Source: Chloroflexota bacterium
GTDB lineage: Bacteria; Chloroflexota; Dehalococcoidia; Lucifugimonadales; UBA3495
NCBI GenBank assembly: GCA_028874075.1
Contig: JAPPLU010000037.1
Coordinates: 37,318 to 101,317 of the forward strand
DNA: 64,000 nt
Direction: 5' to 3'
This document shows, piece after piece, positions 59,317 through 64,000 of this stretch (its first letter is position 1; each line of letters opens with the position of its first letter). The notes beneath the pieces were generated by a model, which made no database searches, had not been told where the DNA came from, and worked only from the letters and a program-made list of their open reading frames with translations. A program made the translations under genes and the position numbers.

Positions 59317-60090
59317 TTAATCGCTGCCGGCCCGTAGATCGAATTTGCGAAAGGCCAGGACCGACAGACCGACCAGTGCAGCCGTATACCCCGCGGCGAT
59401 GGGAACAAACCAGGCACTGTCCAAAAGGGCGCTCTCCCCCTGCAAGCCCTGGGCGATGCCCCACATTGTCCAGGAAGTAATGGAGCTTATGGGCCAGCCC
59501 AGCAACTCTCCAAGTATGCCGGCCAACGGGTAGGCAATAGCTTCAAGGAAGATGGCCGTGATACCCATACCCACGGTGAATGCAAACGACTGGCGCCAGT
59601 AGCTCAGGACCATGGCGAAAGCCCCGTAGAGAAGTGTGTTGAGGAAGGAAGCCCCAATTGAAGCCAGGTCTGTTCCAATTCCATCCCAACCGGCCGAAAG
59701 GGCGACTGTCAAGACCAGCGCCAGCGCCAGCACAACAAGGTGGAACGTGAGCATCAGGGTTATAGTCAACAGAGCTTTTGAAGTAAGGACTGTGTCCCTG
59801 GTAGCTCCCTTTGCAGTTAAAGTCCGGCAGTATCCGCCCTGCAAATCACTAGCGTGAACGAAGGCCACCGTTATAACCGCCAGAACGGGAGAGACGACCC
59901 AAAGGACCCCGGACGCAAGCTGGAGGAAGCCTGAGGTCAAGGGGAGCGGTATCACTTCCAAGAATTGCATAACACCGAAGGAGAGGGGTAGAACCGCCAG
60001 CAACATCGCGAGGCCATAGAGAACCAGGAAGCTGGGTTTCCGAGCCTGGCGAAAATATTCCCACCGCACTAACGAGATAAGCTGACTCAT
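59317..60090 (-). CDS. ABC-2-type transporter permease
   Basis: 257 aa, six predicted hydrophobic segments. Its start overlaps the ATPase stop (ATGA). Confidence 0.7.
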   Translation of the reverse strand: MSQLISLVRWEYFRQARKPSFLVLYGLAMLLAVLPLSFGVMQFLEVIPLPLTSGFLQLASGVLWVVSPVLAVITVAFVHASDLQGGYCRTLTAKGATRDTVLTSKALLTITLMLTFHLVVLALALVLTVALSAGWDGIGTDLASIGASFLNTLLYGAFAMVLSYWRQSFAFTVGMGITAIFLEAIAYPLAGILGELLGWPISSITSWTMWGIAQGLQGESALLDSAWFVPIAAGYTAALVGLSVLAFRKFDLRAGSD

Positions 60091-61097
60091 TCCACCTCTC
60101 CCGAAGCCTGAGAGGCAGTGTCGCCCACGGCAGCCAGGTATATGTTCTCCAGCGAATCAGCGGGGTTTTCCTTTGCCAGCGGTAGCATCTCCAGGGGATA
60201 AACGCCTATTTCAGAAAGATCGCGGGCTACTTCCCACTCCATGCCTGGATTCGTTGAGACCTCCAAAAGGTGCGGGCTGGCAGAAGTTCCATTACTGGCC
60301 TTTACCTGCCATCCCTTGCCGGCGAGATGCTCCAGGGCCCTGGCATCGTCAGTAGTTCTTATGCTGGTCTTGGTGCTCTCCGATGGGCTGGCCTTAACCG
60401 GCCCCTGGTCAACAATCTTGCCGCGGTAGATTATGGCGTAACGGTGGCAGGTCAGCTCCACCTCGTGCAGCAAGTGGCTGGACATAATAATCGTTCTGCT
60501 GCTTTCCTTTCCCAGAGACTTGATCAACTCCCGAATTTCTACCATTCCCTTCGGGTCCAGGCCGGAAGTGGGTTCGTCAAGGAGCAACAGATCGGGGTTG
60601 CCGAGGAGCGCAGAGGCGATGCCCAGGCGCTGCTTCATGCCGGTAGAGCATTGTCCGAACTTTCGACGGGCGGCAGCCGAGTCCAGCCCTACTTGAGCCA
60701 GCAGTGGCTCTATTTGCTGGGCATTGGATTCCCCGCAGTACATTTCCTGCAGGCAGCGAAGGTTGTCATGACAGGTCAAGTGGGGCCAGAGAACGGGGCG
60801 GGAAATCAGCGAGCCGGTTCGGGCCAAAGCCCTATGATGGTCGGGTTCATCCAACAGTCGGAAATACCCGGAGGTGGGAGCAATAAAGCCGGTAAGAATA
60901 CTCAGAAGAGTTGTCTTGCCGGAGCCGTTGGGCCCCAGGAGGCCCAGGATTGTTCCCTGTGGGACTTCCAGGCTGACCTTGTCCAGCGCGGTCAGTGAGC
61001 CAAACTTCCGGGTCAAGTCCCTGGTAGACACAGCGAGAGGGACAGCGGCCCAGGCCGGATCGTGGTTTACCATTTTGCCCTTGCCCTCAACCTGCAC
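60087..61097 (-). CDS. ABC transporter ATP-binding protein
   Basis: Walker A GLLGPNGSGKTT, signature CSTGMKQRLG and Walker B LLLLDEPTSGLD. The start is GTG 61097 or ATG 61073. Confidence 0.9.
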   Translation of the reverse strand: MQVEGKGKMVNHDPAWAAVPLAVSTRDLTRKFGSLTALDKVSLEVPQGTILGLLGPNGSGKTTLLSILTGFIAPTSGYFRLLDEPDHHRALARTGSLISRPVLWPHLTCHDNLRCLQEMYCGESNAQQIEPLLAQVGLDSAAARRKFGQCSTGMKQRLGIASALLGNPDLLLLDEPTSGLDPKGMVEIRELIKSLGKESSRTIIMSSHLLHEVELTCHRYAIIYRGKIVDQGPVKASPSESTKTSIRTTDDARALEHLAGKGWQVKASNGTSASPHLLEVSTNPGMEWEVARDLSEIGVYPLEMLPLAKENPADSLENIYLAAVGDTASQASGEVE

Positions 61098-61287
61098 CCG
61101 TCCTGGTGGAGTGTCGCCGGCTGCCCGTATTGGGTTGGCGTCCGAGCGGCCTGGCCTGGGCCCTTGTGTGCCAGGGGTCCGAGAATCCAGGGGGGTGAAG
61201 AGGTGGAGTCTCTGCGACCCCTGACATTATATACTACGCACAATAAATAAGTACGGATGTATTATAGCAAGTGCAATTTGCAGTTTG

Positions 61288-61791
61288 CTACCTATTAGGC
61301 GCTGGGTAGTCTTCCAGGTTGAAGGGCTGCCCGTTCAGGTTGATGGTGTCCTCAAACAGCTCAGGCCGGCCGAAAGACTGGCGGGCAAAGCAGCCGTTAC
61401 GGGCATTACGCATCACGCCGGCCACCCGTTCCGGAGAATCACCGGACTCCACGTCGTAGTGAATGGCTATCTTGTCTGCCTTGGCCTGGATAGTCTGCCG
61501 GAGCACCGAGCCTTCGGCTGAGACCGTGTAACCGATATTGGCCTTGATCTGGCCCATGTCCACTTTCATCATTTGAGCGTACCGCTCAAGCTGGGTCATT
61601 TCTCAAAACAGGATGGCTACCGCAAAGTAGGTCATGGGTGAGGGCGCCGTGTTATCGCCCATGGGGGGACCCTCGTCGCACATGATGGTGAATCCCCGGG
61701 CCTCCGCCTGTTTCTTCATGCCGTCCAGGGTCATGGCATCGCCCTGGATGGTGAATGACCTGGAAAAGCGGTCATTGTCCGGTGTGGTCAT
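61288..61791 (-). CDS. OsmC/Ohr-family peroxiredoxin-like protein with in-frame TGA (candidate selenocysteine at codon 63)
   Basis: ATG 61791 with an AGGAG RBS. The product reads ...CDEGPPMGDNTAPSPMTYFAVAILF-[TGA 61605..61603]-EMTQLERYAQMM...NARNGCFARQSF. Listed ORFs 61603..62049 and 61288..61599 are in the same frame. The TGA sits where the first conserved Cys of the OsmC family lies. Confidence 0.65.
61573..61589 (-). promoter_or_regulatory. SECIS-like hairpin downstream of the OsmC-like TGA
   Basis: Minus strand: UGA, 13 nt, then UUGAGCG-GUA-CGCUCAA (7 perfect bp, G-U-A loop). Confidence 0.5.
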
Positions 61792-62021
61792 GGCGTTCTC
61801 CTTTCCGGTTGAATTGGGGGGAAGTATAGCACGGGGTGGGCGCATTGTTGTGGTAGTACGATCATCCTTTGGCATATAGCCGAGGAAGAGGGCAGCATTG
61901 CCTGCTTTAGCCCCTGAGTCAGGCGACAGTCGTAAATTTGGGACCTCTATTGCTGTACAATGTGGGCGATTGCATTCTGCCAGCCATTCCGCAGGACGAG
62001 ACGAACCCACAGGAGGACGAT

Positions 62022-62408
62022 ATGCCCATAATTGACCATTCCCAGGCACCCGAGGTTCCGTGGCGGCCCGGTTACCGCAAGTGGGATGTTGCTGGCCACG
62101 AGCAAGGGGTTACGAGCACATTCAGCATAAATACCGCCGAACCAGGGGCCGGCGCTCCCCTTCACACCCACACCATTGATGAGCTGATTGTGATAGTGGA
62201 GGGTACCCTGGAGGTAAGCATGGATGGTGAAACGCAAACCGTAGGGCCCAACCACACCGTGGTCATTCCGCCTGGAGCCGAGCACGGCTTCCGGGTTACC
62301 GGCAGCGATACAGCGCACCTGTTGGTCTTTTTCCCAGCGCTGAATCCCTATTCCGAGGAACATACCCACTACCTGGAGGGGGCGCGGCCTGCTTCCGTAG
62401 GTGACTGA
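62022..62408 (+). CDS. cupin-domain protein
   Basis: GAGAPLHTHTIDELIVIVEGTLEV...PPGAEHGF (cupin motifs 1 and 2). ATG 62022 is preceded by AGGAGG. Confidence 0.8.
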   Translation: MPIIDHSQAPEVPWRPGYRKWDVAGHEQGVTSTFSINTAEPGAGAPLHTHTIDELIVIVEGTLEVSMDGETQTVGPNHTVVIPPGAEHGFRVTGSDTAHLLVFFPALNPYSEEHTHYLEGARPASVGD

Positions 62409-62489
62409 AGGAGAGATTATCCGGACTTCGCTTTGGGGTAGCTCGCCTGGGGCTTTCATTTCAATTGTGTTCGATGGGAGGAGCAGCGT

Positions 62490-63050
62490 ATGACCTGGAT
62501 CAGACAGGAAGACGTGGGAATGCCTGGCATCATCAGTTCAATGTCCATAAACCCGAAAATGATGGAAGCGGTGCGAAACCTGAACCAGGCCGTCAGTTTC
62601 GGCGCATCGGAGTTGACGCGGGTCCAGGAAGAGTCCATAGCCGTAGCCGTTTCGGTGATGAACCGTTGCCGCTATTGAGCATCCGCCCACGGGGGGTTCC
62701 TCCGTCAACACTCCGACGACCCGGAATATGCCAGTCACATACTGCACGACTACACCACCGCCGACCTGGACCCACAGACCCGAGGAATGCTGGATTTTGC
62801 CGTTAAACTGACCAGGCAACCGACGGAAATGAGGGAATCAGACGTTCTTCAACTGCGGGAACTGGGCCTGACTGACGAGCAGATACTGTCGGTCGTGGCG
62901 ATTACCTGCCTCTTCAACTTTATGAACCGGCTGGCCGACGGCCTGGGTGTGGACATTGAAGCCGACCGGCAACAGGCAATGGACCGCTGGGTTACCGGCC
63001 CGGCCCGCGACCAGGACTGGTTGTGGGCGTTCAAAGAGCAGAGGGTTTAG
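62490..63050 (+). CDS. AhpD/carboxymuconolactone-decarboxylase-family peroxidase-related protein with in-frame TGA (candidate selenocysteine at codon 63, C-R-Y-U motif)
   Basis: ATG 62490 with a GGGAGGAG RBS. The product reads ...IAVAVSVMNRCRY-[TGA 62676..62678]-ASAHGGFLRQHSDDPE...LDFAVKLTRQP...FNFMNRLADGLGV. Listed ORFs 62490..62678 and 62787..63050 are in the same frame with no other stop between them. The family motif is N.C.YC...H. Confidence 0.65.
62689..62705 (+). promoter_or_regulatory. SECIS-like hairpin downstream of the AhpD-like TGA
   Basis: UGA, 10 nt, then ACGGGGG-GUU-CCUCCGU (7 bp including one G.U, G-U-U loop). Confidence 0.5.
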
Positions 63051-63168
63051 CTACCTTAGGCAAAAGGCCTTTAACGTCAACAGGCCTTTATTTGCAGCCT
63101 CGAGAATTCACTCAGAATGAACGTGGCCGCAAGTCAATGAGACTGGGTCAAAAGCCCCGATAAACTTG

Positions 63169-63198
63169 GGGCAGGCACTAAGCCTGCCCTTTTCTCTT
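63169..63198 (+). terminator. intrinsic terminator after the AhpD-like gene
   Basis: 8-bp stem gggcaggc / gcctgccc with loop actaa, followed by TTTTCTCTT. Confidence 0.65.
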
Positions 63199-63226
63199 AT
63201 GGCGATGGGTTATACACAACTGCAAC

Positions 63227-64000
63227 TCAGTCGGGTCGGTCAGTATGGATGCCTTCCCTGCTCCAGTAGTCCCACAGGTTGGCGGCGTTCATCTTCATAA
63301 CCCGGGGTGAAGTGCCGTCCTGCCCTACGTCCATGGGATAGCGGTCGGTCAGGTCAGTCAGGTTTTCCGCGGCTTCTTCGCGGGTCATTCCCCTTTCAAC
63401 CGCCTGGCGTGCGTACTCCTTCCACTCCAGGATGTACTCTCCCTGCTCGTCAAGATAGCTCTTGTCACAGCGGCGGCCGTGGCCGGGGATGAAAATTTCT
63501 TCGTCAAGACGGCGAAGGGACTCCAGCGCCCGCAGCCACTGGTCGGGATTGGCTTCCTGGATATAAGTCTGCACCTTGTGGAAGATGTTATCGCTGGTGA
63601 AAACTACGCCCTCTTCCTTGATGAGAATAGCCGCCTGGTAAAGGGTATGACCGGGCATGTGAATCATCTGGAAGCTGTGGTCTCCCACGTGCAGGGTCAT
63701 GCCGTTGCGGAAGGTGATGACCGGAGCGTTGGGCGTGTAATTCTCCAGCAAGGCAGGCTCCTCCGGCCCCATGCCGGCTACCCGGGCTACATGCTCTTCC
63801 AGGTTGGTATCCAGGATTCGCTGCCTGACTCCCTCGTGGGCGATGACCGGCACGTCAAAGTAGGCATTTCCGGTCCAGTGGTCGCCGTGAGGTTCGGTGT
63901 TGATGATGTAGAGCAACTCACCGTGCCTGGCGATTTCATCCTTCAGTTTAAGGGCATCGCTGGGCTTCTGGGGACTATCGATCATTACGACGCCTTCCGA
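63227..64000 (-). CDS. MBL-fold metallo-hydrolase, N-terminus beyond the right edge
   Basis: INTEPHGDHWTGN (HxHxDH region with the first His as Glu), HMPGHT and IPGHG. The frame stays open to nt 64000 (..SEGVVMIDSP). Confidence 0.75.
   Translation of the reverse strand, partial: SEGVVMIDSPQKPSDALKLKDEIARHGELLYIINTEPHGDHWTGNAYFDVPVIAHEGVRQRILDTNLEEHVARVAGMGPEEPALLENYTPNAPVITFRNGMTLHVGDHSFQMIHMPGHTLYQAAILIKEEGVVFTSDNIFHKVQTYIQEANPDQWLRALESLRRLDEEIFIPGHGRRCDKSYLDEQGEYILEWKEYARQAVERGMTREEAAENLTDLTDRYPMDVGQDGTSPRVMKMNAANLWDYWSREGIHTDRPD

Noticed and set aside
1-64000. Many long ORFs in the six-frame track lie antisense to, or out of frame with, recognised genes. Examples: 196..705-, 1235..1984-, 4096..4767-, 11490..12497+, 14081..14980-, 15446..16153-, 20093..20902+, 24244..24828-, 33399..33971-, 34666..35448-, 36346..37098-, 49250..50131-, 52259..52987-, 53961..54809-, 60270..60998+.
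   Set aside because: Each lies fully inside a gene with clear family motifs on the other strand or frame. Their translations are Arg/Gly/Pro/His-rich with no recognisable motifs, which is the usual shadow-ORF artefact of high-GC DNA.
1-64000. Looked for rRNA, tRNA (T-loop GTTCGA/GTTCAA motifs in intergenic DNA), CRISPR repeats, transposases, integrases and terminal inverted repeats.
   Set aside because: None found by eye. The few GGTTCGA-like strings lie inside coding genes and lack surrounding cloverleaf pairing. A tRNAscan or Infernal run would be needed for certainty.

Overview
High-GC (about 60% by eye), densely coding bacterial chromosomal segment with about 60 genes on both strands. 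I saw no rRNA, tRNA, CRISPR array, transposase or integrase. Gene content looks like a marine Chloroflexota/SAR202-type heterotroph, but that is only a guess. From left to right:

- **Housekeeping genes:** lspA-rluD, tandem glnS and gltX, a Kv-type K+ channel, mtaB, a TPP enzyme, a GMC oxidoreductase and fumC.
- **hyuA / PIG-L / hyuB cluster:** it contains a disrupted GxxExxY gene and is followed by alaX and an orphan dnaN.
- **ccmF..ccmG cytochrome c maturation cluster:** two unknown membrane proteins sit between the two genes.
- **Late cobalamin operon (about 32.36-43.6 kb):** it is led by a cobalamin riboswitch with an intrinsic terminator. The genes are a HutX/ChuX-like gene, cbiA, cobO, cobT, cobS, cbiB, cobD, cobC, cobQ, cobU and a pduX-like gene.
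- **Metabolism and envelope genes:** a tartrate/IPM dehydrogenase-like gene, ilvE, plsY, a frameshifted EamA transporter, CoA-transferase A/B and a BNR propeller. Then comes an envelope cluster of ABC ATPase, ABC-2 permease, SppA, a GldG/DUF4350-like protein and a duplicated-domain lipoprotein.

**Most interesting locus (61.3-63.1 kb):** an OsmC-like gene and an AhpD/CMD-like gene flank a cupin gene.
- Each is split in the ORF track by a single in-frame TGA that falls exactly on the family's catalytic cysteine position.
- Each TGA is followed 10-13 nt later by a 7-bp hairpin with a G-U-N loop.
- I read these as two candidate selenocysteine-containing peroxide-detoxification proteins with bacterial SECIS-like elements.

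All calls come from reading the translations and sequence by eye. No searches were run.
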